The notes under the pieces were generated by a model that saw only the letters and a list, made by a program, of their open reading frames with translations, did not search any database and was not told the DNA's origin. DNA of 64,000 nucleotides from the NCBI GenBank assembly GCA_038831915.1, contig JAWBKB010000003.1, positions 665 through 64,664 of the forward strand, given 5' to 3'. The translations under genes and the position numbers were made by a program. The stretch comes from Candidatus Caldarchaeum sp. GTDB taxonomy: Archaea > Thermoproteota > Nitrososphaeria_A > Caldarchaeales > Caldarchaeaceae. The first letter of the stretch is position 1. Every line of letters starts with the position of its first letter. Below, in pieces: positions 8,155 through 19,144 of the stretch.

Positions 8155-10513
8155 CATGGCCGTAACCCGTTATTTCGGCGCGCGGGTCAAACGCCGCGAA
8201 GACCCACGGCTCATAACCGGACGCGGTAGATACACGCACAATATCGTTTTGCCGGGAATGGTTTACATCAGCTTCGTCAGAAGCCCTCATGCTCACGCCA
8301 CAATCAAGAAAATCAACACATCAAGGGCGGAAAAATCTTCGGGAGTTCTCCGTGTTTTGACGGGCAGCGACCTCGTTGATAAAGTCGTGTCTCTACCGTG
8401 TGCTTGGCAAATTCCCAACTCTGATTTGAAAGTTCCACGATACATGCCGTTGGCCGTCGACAAAGTCCGTTTTGTCGGCGACCCTGTCGCCGCGGTTGTC
8501 GCCTCATCTTTCGAAGAAGCCGTAGACGCTGCACACCTCGTCGAAGTCGAATACCAGAAACTACCCGCGGTAACCAATCCTGAAGAAGCCGTGAAAGACG
8601 GTGCGCCGCAGCTCTACGACGACGTCCCCAACAACAAGGCTTTCACTTGGAAAGCAGGAGACAGCGTCGACGAAATTTTCGCAAAAGCCGACGTTGTTGT
8701 TTCGCAGCGGCTTCTGAACAGCAGGCTTCAGCCCACACCGCTTGAAACAAGGGCCGTCGTCGCGGACTTTAACGCGACCACGCAGGAGGCCACGGTCTAT
8801 CTCACTACGCAGAACCCGCATGTTCACAGGTTTCTGCTATCAGCCGTAACAGGCATACCCGAACACAAGCTCCGCGTTGTTTCACATGACGTTGGAGGAG
8901 GGTTCGGTGCGAAAATCCACCTCTATCCGCCCGAAATCATCGCCCTACACGTCGCCAGTGAGCTGAAACGGCCCGTTAAATGGGTTGAAACCCGTTCCGA
9001 AAACTTCACAGCAACCATCCATGGCAGAGACCATGTTCAATACGTGGACGTGGCGGCTGACCGTGATGGCCGCGTTCTCGGCCTAAAAGTCAAATCTTAT
9101 GCAAACATGGGTGCTTATCTTTCGACGGCGGCTCCGGGAATTCCGACGATTCTGTTCGGCCCGATGTTGAGCGGGCCCTACCGCATACCCTCGATATACG
9201 TCGAAGTAGTCGGGGCTTTGACCAACACAGCTCCAGTTGATGCTTACAGAGGAGCGGGCAGGCCCGAAGCCACTTACATCCTCGAAAGAATGATAGACAT
9301 TTTGGCGCGCAAGCTCGGCAAAGACCCCGCCGAAATAAGGCTGAAAAACTTCATCCCGAAAGACCAATTCCCCTATTCAGCGAAGCCGATAGGACTTGTC
9401 TATGACAGCGGCGACTACGAGAAAGCGTTTCTCAAAGCCTTGGAGCTTGCACGATATCAGGAATGGCGCAACAAGCAGGCTGAGCTTCGCAAGCAGGGCC
9501 GTTTGATAGGCATTGGGATTTCGAGCTACATCGAGATTTGCGGGCTCGGGCCTTCTTCGGTGGCGAGAGCCACGGGCTTCGGTCTCGGTCTATGGGAAAG
9601 CACAATAATCAGAGTTCATCCCTCTGGCAAGGTTTCCGTCTTCATCGGCGGTCATCCACATGGACAAGGTGAAGAAACCACCTTTGCCCAAATCGTCGCC
9701 GACAGGCTTCAGATTCCAATCGAAGATGTGGAAATTCTGCACGGCGACACAGCGATGGTTCCGTTCGGCATGGGAACCTACGGCAGCAGAACAACACCTG
9801 TCGCAGGCGGCTCATTAGCCATTGCATGCGACCGAGTACTTGAAAAGGCGAGGAAAATCGCCGCACATCTATTCGAAGTAAGCGAAAAAGACGTTGAGTA
9901 TGGTGATGGAAAATTCTTTGTCCGCGGCCTTCCCGAAAAAAGCAAAAGCTTCGCCGAAGTGGCGTACGCAAGCTACGCCGCGGGTGCGAACGAGATTCCT
10001 CAGGGGCTTGAACCCGGGCTTGAAGTGACTGTTTTCTTTGACCCGCCGAACTTCACCTTCCCGTTCGGCACACATGTCTGCGTGACAGAGGTAGACAGAG
10101 AAACGGGAAAAGTGAAGATACTTGACTACGTCGCGGTTGATGACTGCGGCAACCGAATCAACCCCATGATAGTTGACGGACAGATTCACGGCGGAATCGC
10201 TCAGGGCCTTGCACAAGCACTGTATGAAGAGGCTTTCTATAACAGTGAAGGCCAGTTGTTGACAGGTGATTTGACGGAATATTTGGTGCCGTCCGCGCTC
10301 GAAGTGCCATTTATTCGCACGGATGAGACTGTGACACCTTCACCGGTCAATCCTCTCGGCGTGAAAGGCATCGGCGAAGCGGGAACAATCGCTTCGACTC
10401 CAGCAGTTGTCAACTCTGTTCTCGACGCCCTTGCACATCTCGGCGTGATACACATCGACATGCCTCTCAAACCTGAGAAAATCGTCGAGTCCCTCAAGAA
10501 ACCATCGTCATAA
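8155..10513 (+). CDS. Molybdopterin-binding large subunit of xanthine dehydrogenase/aldehyde oxidoreductase/CoxL family
   Basis: About 786 aa from ATG 8155 (MAVTRYFGARVKRREDPRLITGRGRYT). Motifs: GGGFG, AYRGAGRPE, GQGEETTFAQIVAD, AVDDCGNRINP. No adjacent FAD or 2Fe-2S subunit genes. Confidence 0.85.
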
Positions 10514-10565
10514 ATTCGAAGAAAACGCTTAATTGATGGGATAAAAGTTCATCCAGCGAAGACGA

Positions 10566-10994
10566 ATGTCGGTTCCACGTGGCAAGCTTATCGGAATGCA
10601 GGTCTACAGCCCCGACGGCTCTATTGTCGGAATTGTTCAAGACATCGAGCTTCCCATCGGTGAAGGCGAAATTTCATTACAAGTTATGTCGAAGTACAAC
10701 ATGGTTGAACGGGTTCCCTGGAGCATGGTCGCCGCCGCAGGCGATATCATCATCCTTAAGGAGAAAATCGCTTTGAAGCAGCCTGAAATTCCCCAGCCGC
10801 AGCCATATGCTCCACCAACAGCCGCCGCACCCGTCCAGCCTCAGCAACAGCGGCCAGGCTTCGTGACAAGCATAACATCGAAGCTGCCAATCGGCCGTAA
10901 GGAGAAAAACCCCTGCCCGACATGCGGCAAAGAACTCACATGGATAGAGCAGTATCAGCGATGGTACTGCTACAACTGCGGCAAATACGTGTAA
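10566..10994 (+). CDS. PRC-barrel domain protein with Pro/Gln-rich linker and C-terminal zinc ribbon
   Basis: 142 aa. N-terminal PRC-barrel-like region, then CPTCG...CYNCG. Confidence 0.5.
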   Translation: MSVPRGKLIGMQVYSPDGSIVGIVQDIELPIGEGEISLQVMSKYNMVERVPWSMVAAAGDIIILKEKIALKQPEIPQPQPYAPPTAAAPVQPQQQRPGFVTSITSKLPIGRKEKNPCPTCGKELTWIEQYQRWYCYNCGKYV

Positions 10995-11057
10995 TCTCCG
11001 GTTTTCCGACTTCTAAACCCTTAAAGCACCGCATCAAGTTTTCTTGATTGTCTAATC

Positions 11058-12608
11058 ATGCTGGTTACAGAGAAGACAAAAACGTTCGAGACAGTTATTC
11101 TCGCTGTTGTTGTTTTAGCCGTCTCGGCCTTGTTTCTTTTTCCTCCGGCGCTGGTGAATGAAGCTCCGTTCTGGGATGATAAAGCATACATCAACAACGC
11201 TTTAATCGCGAGCGGACGACTCAGTCCTTCAGATGCTCGAGGGCCCTACGCAGAGGAAAGGCCGCCGCTTTTCTGGTGGTTTCTCACAGGTCTTTATGCA
11301 TTGAACCTCCCGGCGGAAACAGCTCGAATTGTTTCACCTCTTCTCACAACGTTCGGCGTCGTAGCCATGTTTCTGCTCGTCGCTAAAGTGTTCGACAGCT
11401 TGCTCGCAGGATTTATAGCCGCGTTAACAACCACCGTCCTTAACTACTTTGTTCTCACCACTTCATACATTTTGACCGACGCGTCTGGGTCTGTTATCGC
11501 ATTCGTCGCGTTGCTGAGCTTCAGTCTCGGGCTACGCTACGGGCCTTTTCTCTGGGTCGCCGGCGGGCTGACAGGGGTATCTATTTTGGCGAGAGACCAA
11601 AACCTGTTGCTTCTTCCAGTTTTTCTGCTTTCGTTCGCATGGATTGCGCGGATGTCTAAGGTGGTGAAAATTGTCTATGTTGGTTTGTTGGCTGTTGTCG
11701 CGTTTTCGGCCGTGTCTATGGGTCAGGAAAACTTTCTCCAAGCGGTGTCGGACACGTTGACGCCGGTTGTCACCGACGTAACATTCATCCCCCTTCTATC
11801 CGTTTTCAGCATATTTTCGGTGATCGCTGTTTACAAAGTCGCCGAGCAGAAAAACCTGCTTTCCAGAAGACCCAGCATCGAGGAACGAGCGTTTGACATG
11901 TTCTTAGCCATCGCAATCTTGCTTTTCATCTTGCTGCCATTCTTCATAGACAACATCCGCCTCGGCCAAGAATTTCAAATCGAAGGCCGGGGGATACTAT
12001 CCAGACCCGTTGCACATTCGTTGATGGTGAAAAACGACATCGCACGAACGGGCCTCGGCACGGTTGAGCGTGTGATTTTCTGGCTCAACTCTATTCCATC
12101 GCTTTTCACGGCTCCTCTACTAATTACGGCTGGCGCGGGCGTTTTCATGGCTTTGAAAAACCGCGTCACGCTTGCGAAGCCTCTCATCCTCTACCTCGTG
12201 TTGACCATAGGCTACATCATGCCGTTCACACACATCGAATATAGGTTTCTCGCACCAGCTGTTCCAGCGGCCGCCGCGTTTACCGGATACGCCGTCGCCC
12301 AAGTTGCGAGAAAAAGCAAGCTGCTCGGAGCTGTTATCGCGGCTGTCGTGCTTGTCTACGCGTTCCCGGAAACATCGTTTTACGGTTTGGTTCCAACTTT
12401 TCAACAGCCAGCCGTGATAACGGGATGGCAAATCTTTCTCAGCTATTCCCGTTATGCTGAAACATGGTTTTCAGACTACGTCGCTTATCTCGACGGAGTG
12501 CTTAGGCCGCCGAACCTTCTGCTACCCATCTCCTATGTCGCGGCGGCGTGGTCAACAATATTGTTCCTCGCAGCCGCTGTCTACATCGGCTTCAAAAATC
12601 CTCTATAA
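11058..12608 (+). CDS. GT-C superfamily glycosyltransferase-like polytopic membrane protein (ArnT/PMT-like)
   Basis: 516 aa, more than 10 TM helices. Early loop with acidic/aromatic motif (FWDDKAY...ERPPLFWW) typical of GT-C. Confidence 0.45.
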   Translation: MLVTEKTKTFETVILAVVVLAVSALFLFPPALVNEAPFWDDKAYINNALIASGRLSPSDARGPYAEERPPLFWWFLTGLYALNLPAETARIVSPLLTTFGVVAMFLLVAKVFDSLLAGFIAALTTTVLNYFVLTTSYILTDASGSVIAFVALLSFSLGLRYGPFLWVAGGLTGVSILARDQNLLLLPVFLLSFAWIARMSKVVKIVYVGLLAVVAFSAVSMGQENFLQAVSDTLTPVVTDVTFIPLLSVFSIFSVIAVYKVAEQKNLLSRRPSIEERAFDMFLAIAILLFILLPFFIDNIRLGQEFQIEGRGILSRPVAHSLMVKNDIARTGLGTVERVIFWLNSIPSLFTAPLLITAGAGVFMALKNRVTLAKPLILYLVLTIGYIMPFTHIEYRFLAPAVPAAAAFTGYAVAQVARKSKLLGAVIAAVVLVYAFPETSFYGLVPTFQQPAVITGWQIFLSYSRYAETWFSDYVAYLDGVLRPPNLLLPISYVAAAWSTILFLAAAVYIGFKNPL

Positions 12609-14262
12609 CACGGATATCAACTAACACTGGTGTTCCTTTCCCAACCGTTTCAACTGCCTGCCGCAAAACTGTTTCGGCATCTTCAGGTTTTTCGATGAGA
12701 AACGCTCTGAACCCCATGCCTGGGCCAATCGACGCCACATCAACAGGCTTTGGAAAATCACATCCTTCGAGAAACGCGATTTCGTTTACGTCGACTCCAA
12801 AGTCTGCGATGCTTTTCTTCACATCACCCCAGCAGCCGTCGTTGAACACAGCCACGAGAACAGGAATTCTATACCATTGGCTCAAAGCCGCCGCCGACGC
12901 AGGGTTGTTGAAAACAAAGCTTCCATCACCCAGAACAGCGGCCACAAACTTTTCAGAAGCAGCCATCTTAAAACCGAGAGAAGCTGAAAAGCCCCAGCCG
13001 AGAGAACCGGCCGGCGGCTCGTAAAAATACGTTCCCGGTGATTCAAATGTTAGGAAATCTGGGCGGAGCGGATATTCGTTGAAGATTACCGCGTTTTTTG
13101 GAAGAGTTTTTCCGAGCAAATGAGAGGCAAGGCGTTTGGTTAAACGTTTCCGTTTCAAATCTGATTCGATAAGCTCGGCGTTTTTATCGGCCTGATTTTT
13201 CCAGTCTTGCTCCGCTCGGCTTCTCCTTTCGTCGAGAAGTTCTTTCTTGACGTTAAGCCTGTTGATTGCGTGGAGTAGGCTTCTGAGAAAAGCAACGGAG
13301 TCCGAGGTGATTGATTCGTCAAAGCTAAACCCCCAGATATTCATCCGGGTTTTCAAAGGGTCCGGACCTACTGTGACACGGTAAATGTCTTCACGCCAGC
13401 TCGACGCCGGAAGCCAAGGCACATCGGAATCAACTACCAGAACGAAATCAACCTCGTCCATGCTGAACTTCGCAGAAAAAACGTTGCGATTGGAGATGTT
13501 GACGTAGTCGCCGACAGCGTAGTTCACACGCATCGCCAACCTTTCCGCCAGCTCGGTCAAAAGATAGAAAGCTTGATGATTTTTTCCAGCAGACCTCGTT
13601 AAGACTACGGGGAAAGATGATTCGACGATTTTCGCTGCGATTTTTTTGACGACGGTGGCATCTGGTAACGGCGGATGACTAGTTACTGGTTTCCGCAAAG
13701 CAGGTGGGGCTTGTTGTTTTTTAAGCAACCATTCGCGATGCACACCGAGGTAGACAGGGCCTTCAGGTTTAGTCGTCGCTATTTCCACCGCTCTTACAAC
13801 CGCTTCGGGAATTTCAGACGGTGTTTTCACTACGTAGCTCCATTTCACCGAATGCTCCACGACGGCTTGAACATCGCGGAAATCCTGGCCCCAGTGCACG
13901 CGGATTTTACGTGACCCGGCGAATCCCTTGACAGAGAAAGATGTTATCCCCGAAACGAGTAGAATAGGGACTTCCGCCGAATACGCGTTGAAGATGTTGG
14001 GCAACGAGCTGAGAACTCCGGGCACGGTGTGAACAAGCACCGCCGCGGTTTTGCCCGATGCGAGATAGTATCCGTACGCAGCTGCCGCCGCCGCTCCCTC
14101 TGTGAGGCAAACAACCATGTCCGGTCGACTGTCTTCCGGGAGAACACGGTATTCGAGGAGAAGCGAAGCGTATTCAGTTCCTGAATTGATGAAGAATTTT
14201 TCGACTCCGGCGTGTTTGAGTGATTTGAGTAGAAGACCGCCGCCTGAAAGAACTTGGCTCAT
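12592..14262 (-). CDS. Thiamine-pyrophosphate-dependent enzyme (acetolactate synthase large subunit/sulfoacetaldehyde acetyltransferase-like)
   Basis: 556 aa. N-terminal TPP-pyrimidine domain, and GDGSFVFNNPASAAALSQWYRIPVLVAVFNDGCWG (TPP-binding GDG...N motif). Confidence 0.8.
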   Translation of the reverse strand: MSQVLSGGGLLLKSLKHAGVEKFFINSGTEYASLLLEYRVLPEDSRPDMVVCLTEGAAAAAAYGYYLASGKTAAVLVHTVPGVLSSLPNIFNAYSAEVPILLVSGITSFSVKGFAGSRKIRVHWGQDFRDVQAVVEHSVKWSYVVKTPSEIPEAVVRAVEIATTKPEGPVYLGVHREWLLKKQQAPPALRKPVTSHPPLPDATVVKKIAAKIVESSFPVVLTRSAGKNHQAFYLLTELAERLAMRVNYAVGDYVNISNRNVFSAKFSMDEVDFVLVVDSDVPWLPASSWREDIYRVTVGPDPLKTRMNIWGFSFDESITSDSVAFLRSLLHAINRLNVKKELLDERRSRAEQDWKNQADKNAELIESDLKRKRLTKRLASHLLGKTLPKNAVIFNEYPLRPDFLTFESPGTYFYEPPAGSLGWGFSASLGFKMAASEKFVAAVLGDGSFVFNNPASAAALSQWYRIPVLVAVFNDGCWGDVKKSIADFGVDVNEIAFLEGCDFPKPVDVASIGPGMGFRAFLIEKPEDAETVLRQAVETVGKGTPVLVDIRVIEDF

Positions 14263-14361
14263 TTAAGTGATGCTGTTGTAGCTAGTCAAAATATCTTTCC
14301 CGTCCTGATTTGGGATAATCCTTAAAAAAACCCAAAGCCATTTTCCGCGGGAACGCAAACT

Positions 14362-17160
14362 TTGACATATACTCCACGTAGAACCCGTAGAACTATCACT
14401 TCAGCGCTGGCGATTTTACTCGTGTTAGCCATCTTCCTAACAATTTTCGTCAGCTCGTTCCTCAACATATGGCTCAACATCCTCGAATTCGGCGACCTCT
14501 TCATCAGGCCCTTCTACTTCTCGATAGTAGGTGGGCTGGTGCTCGCTTTCATCGCGTTGTTCCGCTTTGACTTCGTGTCGAGAAAATCTGTATTCATCTG
14601 GGCACTGCGAACATTTCTCGTCCTCATCAGAGGCGGATTTTCTCCTAGACTGCTTGATTTTGAAAGGTTCAAGCTTCCGTTACAGACTTTTGTGGTTTGG
14701 CAGGTCACGAAAGTTCTAATCGGCACGATTCTTTTCGCGAACAGCCTTTTCGGGCTAACCGTCGTAGCGATGACAAGCGGCTGGCAGTCAGGCATAGAAA
14801 ACATTCCAAGACTATTTCTGCTTCCATTCACGATCTTCGGACGAGGCGACATCAGCGGAGCGCAAGCAGTAATCGAATCTTCCCCCGCGTTAATGCTGTT
14901 GATTCCTCCGCTCTTCTCCGCGATAGGTATCAGGCTGTTTTTATTGGTCGGTTTGACCAATATTCTCAAAGTGTTTGCGAAAGCCCTCGTCTCCTTCGGT
15001 GAAACAGGCACCATAACCATCAAAGCATCCACGATAGAGTTTCTCGCAAGCCTCGGCCTCGCATGGACCGGCTTCAACCTTTTCTTCGCAACCTCAATAG
15101 ACTACAACACAAGGGTGTTGATTGTTTCGGCTTTCGCAGCGGCCGCGATACTCGCGTTGTTCGGCTTCCTCGACCTCAGAGGTAAGCGTTTCCTCAACAA
15201 CATCTACCTCAGAGTCGGGTTACTCGTAATTCTTGCCCTTGCAACCGCTTCAATAGTGACGGTTCAGAACACCATAGCCGATGCACAGAAATTAGAATAC
15301 AAAGGCCCCTATGTATTGCAGGAAATCGCTATCAATAGATATCTCGCAGACCTCGACGTGAAAATTCTTCCCTATAATTTCAGCACGTTGACGGTTTCAG
15401 CCTCAGAAATCCCCAACATAATTAATGAAAACAGAGAATTGTTGAAGAGGACAAGGCTCTGGGACTGGGGAGCGGCTTTCGCTAAACTCAGGCCCGAAAT
15501 AGGGCTTATCCCATACGTCGACTTCGAAGATTCTGACATTCTACGGTTCAACGGCAGCCTTTTCTGGAGCGCGTCGATGAAACCCGTTCTACCACCCACG
15601 GTGACTGCTGCAGACGTGTGGTACAACCGCCATCTCGTCTACACACACATTCCACAAGGATTTTTGATGCTTGACGCCCACACGGGAGAAGTGGTTGACA
15701 GCTCGAAATTTTTCGCCGAAAGAAGAATCTACTATGGGGAAGGAGGGCCTCGAAGCTTGTTTTCAGCTACGTGGGCCGCGAAAATAGTTGGAAAAGAACC
15801 GTCCGACGAAATCGGCGGAGCTAATTACAACGGTAAAGGCGGTGTCCAAGTAGGCCCGCCCATAAGCTGGCTTTACGACATCACGTTCTTCCTCAGCTAC
15901 CCGGACAAAACCATCCATCTGCTTAGATACCGTGATGTCCACGATAGAGTTCAGCTACTATTTCCCTATTTCACCTACATTTTTGGCGACGACTACGTAG
16001 ACATGTTTCCGGTAACAGATGGTACGAAGACCTACTGGATGGTTCCGCTCATCGTCTCTCTTCCAACGGAGAAAGTGCCATGGTCCAACGGAAACATTTT
16101 CGTACGGTTCGTCGGCATAGCATTAGTCGATGCATACGACGGCACGTTAAACGTCATCACCGTCGGCGACGACTTCTTCACCAAACTGTTTGAAAACGCT
16201 TACTCCGACTTCGTCAGCCGAGATGTGCCATCATGGCTGTACAACCAGATAAGATATCCAGCGGAGCTTTTCAAGTACCAGATAAGAATGTTTTCGATTT
16301 ATCATATCGACGACCCGGGCATCTTCATCCAGGCGAGAGAATTCTATGAAATTCCTCAAGGGCTGGATGTTTACTATGTGATGACACGTCTGCCGAACAG
16401 CAACAGCGTCGAATTTGTGGGAATTCTTTCACTGGAACTACGTGGGGCGAGAGGGCAGAACCTCGCCGGATACGCCGTTGTCCGCAACGATTACCCAGTT
16501 CTCGGTCAAATGTATTTCTACAAAGTTCCGCTTGACTCGCCGACCAAGCTTCTCGGACCTTCAGCAGCTCTTCAAGCACTTCAACGAGACCCCGACTTCA
16601 GAACACTCAGCACGCTGCTCGCCTCTCCACGAATAGGTGAAAACATCTTCTACGAAGTCGGTGAACACCCTGTTTACGTTATCCCCGTTTACACCGCGAG
16701 AGAAGGGGAAGGGGTCGTGACGCAGATTGGAACAATCGCGGTCGTCGGAGCCGCTTTCACTGGCCTCTACTACGTCGGACTTGGAAACACCATAGAACAG
16801 GCTTTCGCCAACTACCTGTATAAAATCGCCGGCGAAACAGGCCCATCGCCCACTCTTCCGACAACCAAGGAAGAAAGGATAAACAAGGTCAAAGCTCTGC
16901 TTCTGGAAAAAGGGCTGGGAGACGAAATTCCAGAACAGATAAACGCCAACATTGTCTACAATGTGTCTAAATTCAACTACACCGATGAACAGAGTTTCGA
17001 AAAGATTAAACAGGGTTTGTCCGATTTCATAGATTCGTGGAAAAATTACGGAGCAATTCTCGTCTACTGGATTTCTGGCGATAGCTTATATTTAGGAGCG
17101 ATTTACCAAACGTCAGGAGTTACGGTGTTAAGATACGTGCAGGTCGAGGTGAGCGGCTGA
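14362..17160 (+). CDS. Large membrane protein (N-terminal multi-TM plus about 600-aa soluble domain), UPF0182-like
   Basis: 932 aa, TTG start. Architecture matches the UPF0182 family as I recall it; not verifiable here. Confidence 0.45.
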   Translation: MTYTPRRTRRTITSALAILLVLAIFLTIFVSSFLNIWLNILEFGDLFIRPFYFSIVGGLVLAFIALFRFDFVSRKSVFIWALRTFLVLIRGGFSPRLLDFERFKLPLQTFVVWQVTKVLIGTILFANSLFGLTVVAMTSGWQSGIENIPRLFLLPFTIFGRGDISGAQAVIESSPALMLLIPPLFSAIGIRLFLLVGLTNILKVFAKALVSFGETGTITIKASTIEFLASLGLAWTGFNLFFATSIDYNTRVLIVSAFAAAAILALFGFLDLRGKRFLNNIYLRVGLLVILALATASIVTVQNTIADAQKLEYKGPYVLQEIAINRYLADLDVKILPYNFSTLTVSASEIPNIINENRELLKRTRLWDWGAAFAKLRPEIGLIPYVDFEDSDILRFNGSLFWSASMKPVLPPTVTAADVWYNRHLVYTHIPQGFLMLDAHTGEVVDSSKFFAERRIYYGEGGPRSLFSATWAAKIVGKEPSDEIGGANYNGKGGVQVGPPISWLYDITFFLSYPDKTIHLLRYRDVHDRVQLLFPYFTYIFGDDYVDMFPVTDGTKTYWMVPLIVSLPTEKVPWSNGNIFVRFVGIALVDAYDGTLNVITVGDDFFTKLFENAYSDFVSRDVPSWLYNQIRYPAELFKYQIRMFSIYHIDDPGIFIQAREFYEIPQGLDVYYVMTRLPNSNSVEFVGILSLELRGARGQNLAGYAVVRNDYPVLGQMYFYKVPLDSPTKLLGPSAALQALQRDPDFRTLSTLLASPRIGENIFYEVGEHPVYVIPVYTAREGEGVVTQIGTIAVVGAAFTGLYYVGLGNTIEQAFANYLYKIAGETGPSPTLPTTKEERINKVKALLLEKGLGDEIPEQINANIVYNVSKFNYTDEQSFEKIKQGLSDFIDSWKNYGAILVYWISGDSLYLGAIYQTSGVTVLRYVQVEVSG

Positions 17161-17595
17161 ATGCAGCCAAGGAACGCAGGCGGAACAAACTTCTTCGGAC
17201 TACTACTGCTGATACTCGTCATCGTCGCCGCGTTGTCGTTTCTCGTAAGAATTCAGACAGGGTTGCTCGGTCTAGTCCTCGGAGCATCAGCCGTTGGACT
17301 CGCCGTCTACTGGTTCAGAGCCCTGAAAAACAGCATCAAAACATCCACGTGGGACGACTACCTGCTCGAACTTCATCAGGATGGAGACTATCTCGACGTA
17401 ACCGCTCAAGTACCAGGCCCCGAAAACAAGGTGAAAGTCGAGCTCTTCGGTAAAAAGCTTGTTCTGCAAGGCGGTATGGGTTTCAGAAGAACCGTAAAAC
17501 TACCGTTTGAAGCCATTCTCCGCGACCTACGATATGCAAACGGTATACTAAACGCAAAACTCGTGAAAAAACCTACGCAGTTGACAGCGAGGTAA
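17161..17595 (+). CDS. Membrane-anchored Hsp20/alpha-crystallin-like domain protein
   Basis: 144 aa. Start abuts the stop of the upstream gene. One TM, then YLDVTAQVPG...VKVEL...LVLQG beta-sandwich-like region. Confidence 0.4.
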   Translation: MQPRNAGGTNFFGLLLLILVIVAALSFLVRIQTGLLGLVLGASAVGLAVYWFRALKNSIKTSTWDDYLLELHQDGDYLDVTAQVPGPENKVKVELFGKKLVLQGGMGFRRTVKLPFEAILRDLRYANGILNAKLVKKPTQLTAR

Positions 17596-18322
17596 GCGAC
17601 TCAACTATCTTTTCTATTTTTTGATGAAGCGAAAGCACGTAGGGTATTCCCTCTGATCCTGCAAGCTCGATGGCGAGAGGGTCTACTTCGTCAACCGATT
17701 TAGGCCCGTGAATCGCTATCATTTTCGGCCTTATTGGGAAAATTTTCGCCGCTATGATTGGCGACCTTCCGCGTGAAACATTTGTGAACACGACGACGCG
17801 AACGGAATTTCCTCCGAAAAGCCGGAAAAAGTCATAAGAGTCGAGACGCTTAATCGCTTGAATACTGTCTATTATTGTGAAGCCGTAGATGAGGGAATTT
17901 TTCTGCTCTTCGCCTGACAGCCATACTCCGTTCAAAGCCGAAACAACCTGTTCAAGCGTTTTCGGCGAAGGATATTCAGCCATGCCCAGCACGATGCCTG
18001 ACAAATCCGTCACGGCTCCGGCGAACTTTTTGATGTGAACACCTCCCTTCGACTCGTCGAGCGTTATCAACGCATTAACATATTTGCGGATGAACTCTGT
18101 TCCGGGAGATTTACGTCTGTTTTTCTCATAGTCGCTCAGCACAGAAGATGCGACGCCCATGGCTTTCGCGAGGCTTCGCTGACTTTCTTCAAAAAGGAGA
18201 CGCCATTTTTTCAAAACTTCGCCGGGCCTCGGTGAAAAAATTATTTCACCCGCGATGATGTTTCTGAGGTTTCGTCGAACGTTTTCGTCGATTTTAACCA
18301 TGGTTAAGTTCAGTAAAAACAT
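17573..18322 (-). CDS. Archaeal HTH (XRE-like) transcriptional regulator with C-terminal domain (COG1395-like)
   Basis: 249 aa. The segment SQRSLAKAMGVASSVLSDYEKNRR is a helix-turn-helix. Confidence 0.5.
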   Translation of the reverse strand: MFLLNLTMVKIDENVRRNLRNIIAGEIIFSPRPGEVLKKWRLLFEESQRSLAKAMGVASSVLSDYEKNRRKSPGTEFIRKYVNALITLDESKGGVHIKKFAGAVTDLSGIVLGMAEYPSPKTLEQVVSALNGVWLSGEEQKNSLIYGFTIIDSIQAIKRLDSYDFFRLFGGNSVRVVVFTNVSRGRSPIIAAKIFPIRPKMIAIHGPKSVDEVDPLAIELAGSEGIPYVLSLHQKIEKIVESLTSLSTA

Positions 18323-18371
18323 GTGTCAGTTGTTTATAACCACCACTGTCGCAGAGCACACATTTCCCTTT

Positions 18372-19082
18372 TCAGGGATTCGGTGTCTTCTCGGCTAAAA
18401 TGGCTTTGGTGATCGATAGATAACCGTGAGAACCTTTCCAGATTTTTTCATGTTGAACAGGTACGATTTTTTTGTGGAAAAGCGGGCAGTCGAGGACAAA
18501 TGTTTCGAGTTCCCCTCCTTCACCGACCGGGTTCACTCCGTATTTTTTCTTAAGCTCGAAAAGCTTTTCAACCGATTCATAGTCGAGAATTTTGCCCAGC
18601 CATTCTTCGCCGAGGCCTTCAGCCGCAACCGCGACAACCATCACCGTAAATTTTTCCCGCAAAAGACTGAGTAGCAGGTTTTCAGGATCAGCGGCCCAAA
18701 GCGGCGTCAACAAAGTCAAACCATGTTTCGCAGCCAACTCGTTTACACGTTTTTTCTGATAACTACTCGCCACCACACCGACCACGAGTCCTTCAACCTC
18801 GTCCCGGATTTCGCCGAGAGCTTTGTCAAGAACTTCCTCCTCGGGTCTTTCAGCTATCGGGTAAATGCGGTGTTTTTTCCCCATGGCTTTTGCTTGCAGC
18901 GGGGTGAGATGGATGTTCGGATAATGGAAGAGATAGCTTTCGACTGATTGAGGCACGAAAGTGAGCAGAACTTCCACCCTGTGACCGGCTTTTTCGGCGA
19001 GAAAAATCGAATACGTCGAATCTTTTCCACCGGAGTAGAGAGCGGCGAACTTCATCGAACCGCTTTTCCAGCTCATAGGCAT
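18372..19082 (-). CDS. PP-loop ATP pyrophosphatase, diphthine-ammonia ligase (Dph6/MJ0570) family
   Basis: SGGKDS PP-loop near the N-terminus; about 230 aa, as expected for this family. Confidence 0.7.
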   Translation of the reverse strand: MPMSWKSGSMKFAALYSGGKDSTYSIFLAEKAGHRVEVLLTFVPQSVESYLFHYPNIHLTPLQAKAMGKKHRIYPIAERPEEEVLDKALGEIRDEVEGLVVGVVASSYQKKRVNELAAKHGLTLLTPLWAADPENLLLSLLREKFTVMVVAVAAEGLGEEWLGKILDYESVEKLFELKKKYGVNPVGEGGELETFVLDCPLFHKKIVPVQHEKIWKGSHGYLSITKAILAEKTPNP

Positions 19083-19144
19083 CGTAAAAACATGCCTTCA
19101 GCCAGTTGGGAAGTCTTATTATCGTGGTGTAAACCGGTTTCTCC

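Noticed and set aside
8293-10497. Multiple minus-strand ORFs (e.g. 8293..8577, 9083..9367, 9642..9971, 9869..10216) antisense to the CoxL-like gene
   Set aside because: They fall entirely inside a strongly supported 786-aa CDS, are Arg/Pro-rich with no motifs, and are typical antisense artefacts of GC-rich coding DNA.
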